Source of the DNA: an uncultured Bacteroidales bacterium
GTDB lineage: Bacteria > Bacteroidota > Bacteroidia > Bacteroidales > UBA10428
Length of the DNA: 64,000 nt
Reading direction: 5' to 3'
Assembly (NCBI GenBank): GCA_964534745.1
Contig: CAZHQW010000003.1
Location: forward strand, 16,016-80,015
Within the stretch, counting starts at the first letter, position 1, and each line of letters opens with the position of its first letter. A program made the position numbers and the translations under genes. Shown here one piece after another: positions 9,365 to 17,754 of the stretch. Under the pieces are notes generated by a model, which ran no database searches, was not told where the DNA came from, and saw nothing but the letters and a program-made list of their open reading frames with translations.

Positions 9365-10750
9365 ATGCCTGAAATATTAAAAGACATACTGGAATCAATA
9401 AAAGGCACAGAGCAGGATTTTACAAAAGGTAAAATTGGCAGGGCAATTATTTTACTATCAATACCCATGGTACTTGAAATGGCAATGGAATCGATTTTTG
9501 CGCTGACTGATATTTTCTTTGTTTCAAGGCTCGGAGAAGATGCAGTGGCTGCAGTAGGCATAACTGAATCTATTATGACATTTATGTATGCCATTGGAGG
9601 TGGATTGAGCATAGCTGCAACAGGCATGATAGCCAGGCGTATCGGGGAAAAAAGGCCTGATAAAGCCTCTGTCGCGGCTGCACAGGCAATTATTGCAGGC
9701 CTTATCATATCAATCCTTCTGGCAATCCCCGGCGTTATTATGACCACAGATATATTAAAACTAATGGGACTTGAAAAGAGTGTTATCGAGTCGGGATACA
9801 AATATACACGTATAATGCTGGCCGGAAACGGTATAATTATACTGCTCTTTGTCAATAATGCTATATTCAGGAGTGCTGGTGATGCTGCAATATCAATGAG
9901 GGTATTATGGTTTGCCAATATTACAAATATATTGCTGGATCCCTGCCTGATATTCGGACTGGGTCCCTTCCCCAAGCTGGGCGTTGCAGGTGCTGCCATT
10001 GCCACTACAATTGGCCGCGGATCAGCAATCATTTACCAGTTTTATTTGCTCAACAGGGGCACAAACAGGATACAACTGAAACTTAGATATATTATTCCCA
10101 GGATAAACATAATGGTACAGCTGCTTAAACTTTCAGGAGGTGGCATTGGACAGTACCTGATTGCAACGGCAAGCTGGATTGCCCTCTACAGGATAGTGGC
10201 CGAATTCGGAAAGGAAGCTGTTGCCGGCTATACTATTGCGCTGAGAATAATCATCTTTGCATTGCTGCCTTCATGGGGCATGAGCAATGCCGCTGCAACC
10301 CTGGTAGGACAGAACCTTGGTGCCAATAAGCCGCAGAGAGCTGCACGCTCGGTACTTATCACAAGCATTGCCAATGCACTTTTCCTGTTAATTATAGCTC
10401 TTGTACTGGTTGTAATACCTGACTTATTTATCGGCTTCTTTCACCAGAAACCCGAGGTGGAAGAAATTGCTGTCGCAAGCCTGAGAATAATCAGCTATGG
10501 TTTTGTATTTTATGCCGTAGGAATGGTTATTACCCAGTCATTTAACGGGGCAGGCGATACATATACACCGACAGTACTGAACTTTATATGTTTCTGGCTT
10601 ATTGAGATACCGCTTGCCTATAGCCTGTCTATTATAAACGGATTCAATGAAAGGGGCGTATTCTGGGCTATAGTCATCGCTGAATCGATTCTCACAACCC
10701 TTGGAATTATAATATTTTACAGAGGGAAGTGGAAGCTGCGGAAAGTATAA
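9365..10750 (+). CDS. MATE-family efflux transporter
   Basis: 461 aa with 12 predicted helices and an N-terminal MATE pattern (ILLSIPMVLEMAMESIFALTDIFFVSRLG). Confidence 0.9.
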   Translation: MPEILKDILESIKGTEQDFTKGKIGRAIILLSIPMVLEMAMESIFALTDIFFVSRLGEDAVAAVGITESIMTFMYAIGGGLSIAATGMIARRIGEKRPDKASVAAAQAIIAGLIISILLAIPGVIMTTDILKLMGLEKSVIESGYKYTRIMLAGNGIIILLFVNNAIFRSAGDAAISMRVLWFANITNILLDPCLIFGLGPFPKLGVAGAAIATTIGRGSAIIYQFYLLNRGTNRIQLKLRYIIPRINIMVQLLKLSGGGIGQYLIATASWIALYRIVAEFGKEAVAGYTIALRIIIFALLPSWGMSNAAATLVGQNLGANKPQRAARSVLITSIANALFLLIIALVLVVIPDLFIGFFHQKPEVEEIAVASLRIISYGFVFYAVGMVITQSFNGAGDTYTPTVLNFICFWLIEIPLAYSLSIINGFNERGVFWAIVIAESILTTLGIIIFYRGKWKLRKV

Positions 10751-10803
10751 TTTATGTCAAGTATTATTTATTAACTAATTTTACAATATATAATGTTTCA
10801 ATT

Positions 10804-11382
10804 ATGGAACTCTTTGACTCAAACCTGTATTCGTATTTTATCCTGCCATTACTGATATTTATTGCCAGGATATGCGATGTTACCCTGGGAACATTAAGGA
10901 TTATTCTTACTTCCAAAGGACAAAAGTATATAGCCCCTTTTCTGGGTTTTGTTGAAATGATCATCTGGATCCTTGCCATAACGCATATCTTTGAGAATTT
11001 AAATAACTGGGCCTGTTATATTGGTTTTGCAGCCGGTTTTGCCATGGGTAACTTTGTCGGTATAACCGTGGAGGAAAGGCTTGCCCTGGGCCATGAACTG
11101 ATAAGGATAATAACAAGTAAAGAAGCCGAAAATCTTATTTCTTCCCTCAGGGAAAAAGGATATGTAATTACATCCATTAAAGCCAGGGGAAGCCAGGGCG
11201 AAGTAGGTATTATATATTCAATAATAAAACGAAGTGATTTAAAAGATTTCGTATCCTTTATGAAAAAATTTAATCCCAATGCATTTTATACTATTGAAGA
11301 TATTAGATTCGTTAACAAAAATATATTCAGAACTGCCAGCAAGTCGGTGTATAGAAAAAAAATGTTCAGAAAGAAAAAATAA
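10804..11382 (+). CDS. UPF0316/DUF2179 membrane protein
   Basis: From the ATG at 10804: ...ARICDVTLGTLRIILTSKGQK..., three helices, then a soluble C-terminal domain. This is typical of DUF2179. Confidence 0.75.
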   Translation: MELFDSNLYSYFILPLLIFIARICDVTLGTLRIILTSKGQKYIAPFLGFVEMIIWILAITHIFENLNNWACYIGFAAGFAMGNFVGITVEERLALGHELIRIITSKEAENLISSLREKGYVITSIKARGSQGEVGIIYSIIKRSDLKDFVSFMKKFNPNAFYTIEDIRFVNKNIFRTASKSVYRKKMFRKKK

Positions 11383-11389
11383 TAATCCT

Positions 11390-12040
11390 ATGCCCTGCAA
11401 AAGAAAACTGTATATCATCCTCCTGATACTTTTACCTGCAGGCCTGTTTTCACAAAATGAAACTCCGCTGAATAAGGATTCCCTTGTAATTAACTTCGGA
11501 TACGGAAAAACATTTATAGAGGGGTGTGAACTGCCAGCGCTTGTTGCATTGTCTAACTACCCTGAACTTGATTCAACACGAATTGAATTAAAAAGCAGGA
11601 GAATAAAACACTTTGGCAATGCAAGGCCAAAAATTGCTTTTTTATTCAGAAAACAAGAAACCAGGCATTACATAATAGTTATTAATAAGAAATCCAGGGA
11701 TATTATAGGTTTTTCGTTCAGCGACCTTCCATTCGGTGCACAGGTCGGATTTTTCGGGCATGAACTGGCTCATATAAGCGACTATTGCGGCAAGAACAAT
11801 TTACAAATTACATCATACGGCTTCAAATATTTATTTATGAAAAGGTCTATTGAAAGATCGACTGACAGGATCGCCATAAAACATAATCTTGGGGAACAGT
11901 TATATGATTTAAGGAGCTTCGTGCTTAATAATCCGCATACAGATAAAGACTACCTGGAATATAAATACAATAACTATCTTGATTGCGAGGAGATTATAAA
12001 GGAAATTTCAAAGCTAAATGAAAGCCCGCAAAATAAATAA
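11390..12040 (+). CDS. secreted hypothetical protein with an HExxH motif
   Basis: Signal peptide MPCKRKLYIILLILLPAGLFSQ and a GHELAH (HExxH) motif. No family recognised. Confidence 0.5.
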   Translation: MPCKRKLYIILLILLPAGLFSQNETPLNKDSLVINFGYGKTFIEGCELPALVALSNYPELDSTRIELKSRRIKHFGNARPKIAFLFRKQETRHYIIVINKKSRDIIGFSFSDLPFGAQVGFFGHELAHISDYCGKNNLQITSYGFKYLFMKRSIERSTDRIAIKHNLGEQLYDLRSFVLNNPHTDKDYLEYKYNNYLDCEEIIKEISKLNESPQNK

Positions 12041-12059
12041 TACATAACATTAAATACAC

Positions 12060-12067
12060 TAACTTTG
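12060..12067 (+). promoter_or_regulatory. Bacteroidota -7 promoter box (TAACTTTG)
   Basis: Exact TAnnTTTG match 34 nt upstream of the ATG at 12101. Confidence 0.45.
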
Positions 12068-12100
12068 AACTAATATTTAATAATTAAATCAAGGGTAAAA

Positions 12101-13792
12101 ATGAAAATAAAAATAACGAAGAAAGCAAAGGTCATAACAATTATTATAGTATTGTTAATCAGCTCATTTTCATTCATAGGATTCACAGATAAAGAATTTA
12201 AAATTGCTAAAAATCTTGACATTTTCTTTACCTTGTTCCGTGAACTTAATTTGTTCTATGTTGATGAAACTGATCCTGAGGAATTGATTGAAGCCGGTAT
12301 TGACGGCATACTAAAATCCCTGGACCCCTATACTACATTTATTCCCGAGTCAGAAATGGATAATTTTAATTTTATGACTACAGGACAATACGGGGGTATT
12401 GGCGCGCTTATAAGAAAGGCAGGAGACTACTCGATGATTTCTGAGCCATACGTTGATTTTCCTGCATATAAAGCAGGCCTGAGAGCAGGGGATACTATAA
12501 TTTCCATTGACGGTATTTCTATAAAGGATATAAAAATAGCTGATGTCAGCGAAATGCTTAAGGGAACGCCAAACACATCAGTTAAACTTGAGATAAAAAG
12601 ATACGGACAGGGAACCACAATAGAAAAGACCCTTTTAAGGGAGATAATAACAATCAAAAATATACCTTACTATGGAATGGTGGATGACAATATCGGTTAT
12701 ATAAGGTTATCAAATTTCACCAATAATGCTGGCAAGGAAGCTAAAGAAGCATTGAACGAACTGAAAAAGCAAAATGCGCACGGAATAATTCTTGACCTCA
12801 GAGGAAACCCCGGGGGATTGCTAATTGAGTCGGTAAATGTAGCAAACCTTTTTATCAACCAGAACCAGGAAATTGTCAGTACCCACGGTAAAGTCAAACA
12901 ATGGGACAATGTTTATAAAACTACACAGCCTGCAATTGATACAACCATCGCTCTGGTTGTACTGGTTAACAGGGGTTCTGCTTCGGCTTCCGAAATTGTT
13001 GCAGGATCGTTGCAGGATCTCGACAGGGCAGTAATTGTCGGAGAAAAAACATTTGGCAAGGGCCTGGTGCAAACAACAAGGCCGTTAAGCTATAATACAC
13101 AGCTGAAGGTTACTACTGCCAAGTATTACATACCAAGCGGAAGATGTATACAGGCAGTTGACTATACCCACAGAAATGAAGATGGCAGCGTAGGTTATAT
13201 CCCCGATTCTCTTATAAACGAATTTACAACCAGAAATGGAAGAAAAGTATATGACGGGGGAGGAATAACTCCTGATGTGAAGGTTGATTCGGAAACCCCT
13301 GGCAATATTACTATCAGCCTTTTTATAAAATATCTGATATTTGATTTTGCTACGATTTTTGTTACAGAAAAAGATTCTATAGAGAATATTGGGGAATATG
13401 AATTTACAGATGATGATTACCAGGAGTTCCTTAAATTCCTCGAGGATAAAGATATAGATTATACGACACAGAGCTGGAAAAACCTTGAAGAACTTATAAA
13501 AACGGCTAAAAAGGAAAAATACTATGTATATGCCGAGGAAGAATTCGCAGCACTTAAGCAAAAGCTTGCACATGATAAAAACAAGGACCTGCAAACATTC
13601 AAGGATGAAATAATCCAGTTGCTGATGGAAGAAATCGCCAGCAGGTATGGTTACCAGGAAGGAAGGATAAAGATATCACTGAGAAATGACATTCAGTTTG
13701 AAAAAGCTGTAAGTATACTTAAAAATAAAGAGCAATATTTAAGCATATTTAAAAATACGGAAAATAACAATACTGCCAGGACTGGTTTATAG
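12101..13792 (+). CDS. S41 carboxyl-terminal processing peptidase
   Basis: PDZ region (GLRAGDTIISIDG), LDLRGNPGGLL, catalytic-region SASASEIVAG and GEKTFGKGLVQ. N-terminal anchor. Confidence 0.9.
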   Translation: MKIKITKKAKVITIIIVLLISSFSFIGFTDKEFKIAKNLDIFFTLFRELNLFYVDETDPEELIEAGIDGILKSLDPYTTFIPESEMDNFNFMTTGQYGGIGALIRKAGDYSMISEPYVDFPAYKAGLRAGDTIISIDGISIKDIKIADVSEMLKGTPNTSVKLEIKRYGQGTTIEKTLLREIITIKNIPYYGMVDDNIGYIRLSNFTNNAGKEAKEALNELKKQNAHGIILDLRGNPGGLLIESVNVANLFINQNQEIVSTHGKVKQWDNVYKTTQPAIDTTIALVVLVNRGSASASEIVAGSLQDLDRAVIVGEKTFGKGLVQTTRPLSYNTQLKVTTAKYYIPSGRCIQAVDYTHRNEDGSVGYIPDSLINEFTTRNGRKVYDGGGITPDVKVDSETPGNITISLFIKYLIFDFATIFVTEKDSIENIGEYEFTDDDYQEFLKFLEDKDIDYTTQSWKNLEELIKTAKKEKYYVYAEEEFAALKQKLAHDKNKDLQTFKDEIIQLLMEEIASRYGYQEGRIKISLRNDIQFEKAVSILKNKEQYLSIFKNTENNNTARTGL

Positions 13793-14023
13793 AAATCCAG
13801 CCTTACAATATTTAATGATTTCCTCATCGCAAGATTTTATAATCTGTCTTGGTATATTGTTGTCCACCTTAAAGAAGAAATCATTAATTTTTTTTACCGG
13901 TAAAATCTTTGCCAGGGTTCCGCTTAAGAAGACAGTGGTGTAATTATTTAAATTATCTGGAGGTGTATATATCGTATCCTCCTTACGTTCCATGGCCAAT
14001 AATGATGCATCAACACCAAGCAT
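13787..14023 (-). CDS. small hypothetical ORF (doubtful)
   Basis: 78-aa ORF at the tail of a minus-strand gene string. It overlaps the 3' end of the peptidase gene by 6 nt. No family recognised. Confidence 0.25.
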   Translation of the reverse strand: MLGVDASLLAMERKEDTIYTPPDNLNNYTTVFLSGTLAKILPVKKINDFFFKVDNNIPRQIIKSCDEEIIKYCKAGFL

Positions 14024-14088
14024 GTGTTGAGCATCGGAAGGATACCTGTATTTAACGAAATAAATTGTGATATTTTCTCTGCAATATT

Positions 14089-14796
14089 TTACTGGGGGAT
14101 AAACTGGTACATTATGTAACCCTTCTGCCTGGGTACTGCATTAAAATCTGCGTTGAATCTTGTTCGCGAAGCATATTTTATTGCTGTCTCCAGGAGGCAT
14201 TCGTCATTTGTCTCTGAATCTTCGGATATTGAGGTTGCAATAACATTCCCTTTCTGGCTAACTTCTATGTTCACTACCACCAATCCACCGCCCTTGCATG
14301 TATAAACAGGTATAGGCAGATACTGTTTCATTCTGTTTTCAAGATAATAAGTTACGTTAGTGGGCCCGGTATATTCTTTGTCCGGTACCGATTCATTATT
14401 ATCATTCATATTCTCTTCGTCGCTGTATGAAATATTACCTTTGTCAGGCAATGTTCTGTCGAGATATTGCTGCAGATTTTCTATCCCTTCTTCTTTCATG
14501 ATTTGTTCAATATACTTTTCAGTACTTATCTTGTCATTTAGCTGGCTGGCCACATTTACTGCTATGTTTCTACGTACCTCTTCCTCAAGGGGCTCGATTT
14601 CGACAGGCAAATTCTCTATCTTTTCAAGAAACTCCTGAATATCCACAAGCTTTTCATCAAATTCTATGGGAATAATATCCATTTGCTTCCTCCTGACATC
14701 CCCAACCTTAATAGTCAGGAATAATAAAACCAGCATCATATGAAATATAATTGTCCCTAAAATGCCGTTGACATTATCATTAGAGATAATCCTCAC
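14089..14796 (-). CDS. TonB/TolA-like membrane-anchored protein
   Basis: GTG start and an N-terminal anchor (GILGTIIFHMMLVLLFLTI), followed by an acidic linker. The C-terminal domain (GGGLVVVNIEVSQKGNVIATSI...AIKYASRTRFN) resembles TonB/TolA C-terminal folds. Confidence 0.5.
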   Translation of the reverse strand: MRIISNDNVNGILGTIIFHMMLVLLFLTIKVGDVRRKQMDIIPIEFDEKLVDIQEFLEKIENLPVEIEPLEEEVRRNIAVNVASQLNDKISTEKYIEQIMKEEGIENLQQYLDRTLPDKGNISYSDEENMNDNNESVPDKEYTGPTNVTYYLENRMKQYLPIPVYTCKGGGLVVVNIEVSQKGNVIATSISEDSETNDECLLETAIKYASRTRFNADFNAVPRQKGYIMYQFIPQ

Positions 14797-14837
14797 ACTT
14801 ATTTCCTTTTAAGTTAGGACATGAAATTACAAAATAT

Positions 14838-16853
14838 CTAATTGACTAATATAAATTTTTGTGTCATAATTATTTCTTTATTAACCAGCCTCAGCATATA
14901 AATGCCTCTTCCCAGTCCGTTTAAATCCATCTCTGCCCTCCTGCAATTATCAATTAATAAAGTCCTTAATACCTGCCCGCAAGAGTTTATAATTTCCACA
15001 CGTCCGGAGAAGTCATCAGCAGACTCTATCAATAATAATCTTGCAACCGGATTGGCTGATATCCTGACATTCCCTGCCAGGGGCTCCTCAGCAATTAAAT
15101 TGCATATGTCAACATACAGGCTGGTAATAATAATACTGTCACAGCCATAGCATGAGCTCAACGTATCATAAAATATTCCCGGCGAGCTTTGCCACTGTCC
15201 GCCGGCAAAAACGCTGTCATTATTGCATATTGTAATAAAAATCTCCCTTTCATAAGTAGGCTCTATATATAGCTGGTATGATACTGTAGTATCAGTGAGG
15301 TTGCTTCCCGATAAAATACACCTGTATATCCCCTGATCTTCTTCCTGTAGATTCTCAAGAATATATATACTGTCATTTGCCCAGGGAATATCAGCACTGT
15401 CCTTCTGCCACCGGTACCCAAACTCATTGCCTGCCCTCAACGAAATATGATATGAAAAGATATCTCCCTGGCAGTACCGGTAATATAAAGGCTGAGGATT
15501 AGTATATGCCTGTGTTTCAACGGCATCCGACAATGTGCTGTCAGCCGAGTAACCGGTTATACGCATTCTTATCGCCGTATCTGCAGTAAAATATGATGGA
15601 TTCCAGTAATAAACCGTATCCTTTATCCCGCTGGCAATATTCTTAAAATAACCTGAACCGTCATAACTTATTTCCACATTGTACCGAACTATATTTCCAT
15701 CATCAGGATTATTAAGTGTCCACCTTGCAGGCTCAGAATCATCCCATAAACCAGCACCTTGTGGATATACGATTGATATGTCAGGCTTTTCGTAAGAATG
15801 CAGCAATTCTGCAAATCCTATGCCTTCTACCGGCAAATTGTTTACCGTTCCGCTTACAAGTGTGCTGCCTTCATAAAACCTGAAAGGCAGGGCTACCTCA
15901 TTATCTGAATTTCGTGTTGCAACCAGCAGATCAATATCAAGAGTATCTGCCTTTATATTCCATTTTTTCGAGTAGCATCTTTCGCCGTCCTGTGTGTATT
16001 CAAATTCCAGCCTCTGCACATTAAAATCAGAAAAAGTCAGAGAAGCAGAATCATTAATATAAACACTGCATATCCTGAAGGCTGATGCTTCGGGGATAGT
16101 CTTGTCCTCAGTAAAAATATTCCAGATATTCAGATCCATTCCATTATCAAGCTGAATGCAGAACCATTCATAATCCTCGCTGCTATTTGGATTAAAACTC
16201 CCGAACTGGTGATCTATCCATCCTGTGCCTGAAATGCTGTCCTCATCGGATATAAAACCCATCAGGCCGGTAATATTTATCATAGTCTGTGAATAATAAT
16301 ATGTATATCCCGATGCGCCCTGGTAAAGAAATCCCGAATCAGCCAGTATCAGAGGACGCTTTAATGTATTGCAGTCAATATCAACCGAACCTGTTTGTGA
16401 CTCCGCCTTAATGTGGTATTGAAAAGGCTTCATTCTACCTGCCGAATCAGTCAGTGTGGTCCATTTTTCAGTATGGACCAGGGGGAATCCTGCATTGGCG
16501 ATTATATTAAGACTATCTACCGCAATGGACTGGTAAATACATGGCAATGTCTCGTCATAAAACTGCTTTGTGGTTTCATTTGAGATATTAAATATTCTGA
16601 ATCCATCAAATCCGAATGCAGGATAATAAAAATATGCCAGCACAAAGGAACATTCATTGCCGGTTGTTTTTCCTTTTACATGCCCGTTAATATAAATCCA
16701 TTCGATATCCTGGCCGGGATGAAACCCTTCATCGGCCGGAAAACTTAATAAGCTTCCCGCCTGCTCATAGGGATAAGTCTTCCAGTACTGTGTATATAAT
16801 TTACAGGAAAGGAATAGTAATAATATCAGTAATAAAGCAAATTGCTTAACTAT
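14838..16853 (-). CDS. T9SS-secreted protein: AttH/CrtC-type lipocalin-like N-domain + Ig-like region + Por C-terminal sorting domain
   Basis: WIDHQFGSF and EWIYINGH motifs (AttH/CrtC family), an Ig-like D-x-G-x-Y-x-C (EEDQGIYRC), and a C-terminal tail GIYMLRLVNKEIIMTQKFILVN (T9SS CTD). The reading frame is open upstream of the tracked GTG (16643) back to 16865 and encodes a signal peptide (KQFALLLILLLFLSC). The start codon is uncertain. Confidence 0.7.
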   Translation of the reverse strand: MVKQFALLLILLLFLSCKLYTQYWKTYPYEQAGSLLSFPADEGFHPGQDIEWIYINGHVKGKTTGNECSFVLAYFYYPAFGFDGFRIFNISNETTKQFYDETLPCIYQSIAVDSLNIIANAGFPLVHTEKWTTLTDSAGRMKPFQYHIKAESQTGSVDIDCNTLKRPLILADSGFLYQGASGYTYYYSQTMINITGLMGFISDEDSISGTGWIDHQFGSFNPNSSEDYEWFCIQLDNGMDLNIWNIFTEDKTIPEASAFRICSVYINDSASLTFSDFNVQRLEFEYTQDGERCYSKKWNIKADTLDIDLLVATRNSDNEVALPFRFYEGSTLVSGTVNNLPVEGIGFAELLHSYEKPDISIVYPQGAGLWDDSEPARWTLNNPDDGNIVRYNVEISYDGSGYFKNIASGIKDTVYYWNPSYFTADTAIRMRITGYSADSTLSDAVETQAYTNPQPLYYRYCQGDIFSYHISLRAGNEFGYRWQKDSADIPWANDSIYILENLQEEDQGIYRCILSGSNLTDTTVSYQLYIEPTYEREIFITICNNDSVFAGGQWQSSPGIFYDTLSSCYGCDSIIITSLYVDICNLIAEEPLAGNVRISANPVARLLLIESADDFSGRVEIINSCGQVLRTLLIDNCRRAEMDLNGLGRGIYMLRLVNKEIIMTQKFILVN

Positions 16854-17607
16854 AGGAGTTTGTCTTTAAAATGTTTTTAAGATTTTCTGTCAGCGTATGC
16901 TCTCTTTTCAGCTCTTTCAGGTATTTATTCTTTATCTCCAGTGCTCTTTCCAGGGTCTTGTTTTTATCAAATATCCTTATAACATCTTCAGGACCGGTAA
17001 ATCTGTTAATAATACCAAGGGCAGGGTCAAAATTGTGATTTTTTATTGTATGTTTGACATTATTCGTAACATGAATAAGCAGCCTCCAGTTAATCTGTGA
17101 AGGTATTGTAAAATAAAATTTTTCTCCTTCGAATAAATCCCTGTAAATGCCTTCAGTAATCTCAGAAATCTTAAAATGTTTAAAAACCTTTATTTTACCT
17201 TCACAGTCAATCGTCCTGTTAGACATGAATTTAATATCATTGTTTTTGTAATCGAGCTGTATTTCAGGTATCATACAATATGTCTCCAGGCCTTTAATCC
17301 GTATACAGGGGAATATCCTGTTCTGGATAATTATTTCACTGCAGCTGAAACTACAATTATTATACTTCTCTTCTTTCAGCACTTTCGATATACGCTCTAT
17401 CTTTTCCGGAAAATACCTGTACATTAAAATGAGGTATACATAATTTAACTTCTTCCTGACTTCCTTCCCTTCCTTGTCCTGATACCCCGGGAACGGCTTC
17501 TCACTTTTCATGACAAGAGTATTGGGCAGGGTATCTTTTTCAACGTTTTTCAGTCTTTCAACTTTAATTATACACCCTGTTGTTTCTATAATCTGATATG
17601 GTAACAT
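16846..17607 (-). CDS. hypothetical cytoplasmic protein, no family recognised
   Basis: 253-aa ORF with an ATG start and no signal peptide, preceded by a -7 box. Its stop codon overlaps the upstream open frame of the next gene. Confidence 0.6.
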   Translation of the reverse strand: MLPYQIIETTGCIIKVERLKNVEKDTLPNTLVMKSEKPFPGYQDKEGKEVRKKLNYVYLILMYRYFPEKIERISKVLKEEKYNNCSFSCSEIIIQNRIFPCIRIKGLETYCMIPEIQLDYKNNDIKFMSNRTIDCEGKIKVFKHFKISEITEGIYRDLFEGEKFYFTIPSQINWRLLIHVTNNVKHTIKNHNFDPALGIINRFTGPEDVIRIFDKNKTLERALEIKNKYLKELKREHTLTENLKNILKTNSYS

Positions 17608-17693
17608 AGCATTTAATTTTAAGGTTAACCAGTAGACTATAAAATATTGTTAACTATAGGGTTTTCAGGTATTTTTAGGATTTCTACAAGATA

Positions 17694-17701
17694 CAAAAAT
17701 A
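17694..17701 (-). promoter_or_regulatory. Bacteroidota -7 promoter box on the minus strand (TATTTTTG)
   Basis: Plus strand reads CAAAAATA, the reverse complement of TAnnTTTG, 87 nt upstream of the ATG at 17607. Confidence 0.4.
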
Positions 17702-17754
17702 TCATTATATTACCAATTTAATTTGCTTTAATTTGACCGTTTGTGATAGTGATA

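Noticed and set aside
9361-10032. 223-aa ORF antisense to the MATE transporter
   Set aside because: It lies entirely within a confidently assigned MATE gene and has an Ile/Ala/Ser-rich composition typical of the antisense of membrane-protein genes. No motif is present.
13085-13594. 169-aa ORF antisense to the S41 peptidase gene
   Set aside because: It is embedded in a gene with strong family motifs. The composition is Phe/Ile/Lys-rich and AT-driven, with no recognisable domain.
13787-14023. Possible remnant of a class IV aminotransferase (TIYTPP and VFLSGT..ILPV-like strings)
   Set aside because: The two strings are only ~10 residues apart instead of the ~50-60 seen in the family. An upstream out-of-frame GILP string is in the wrong order. 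The resemblance is probably chance, so the ORF is kept only as a doubtful hypothetical.
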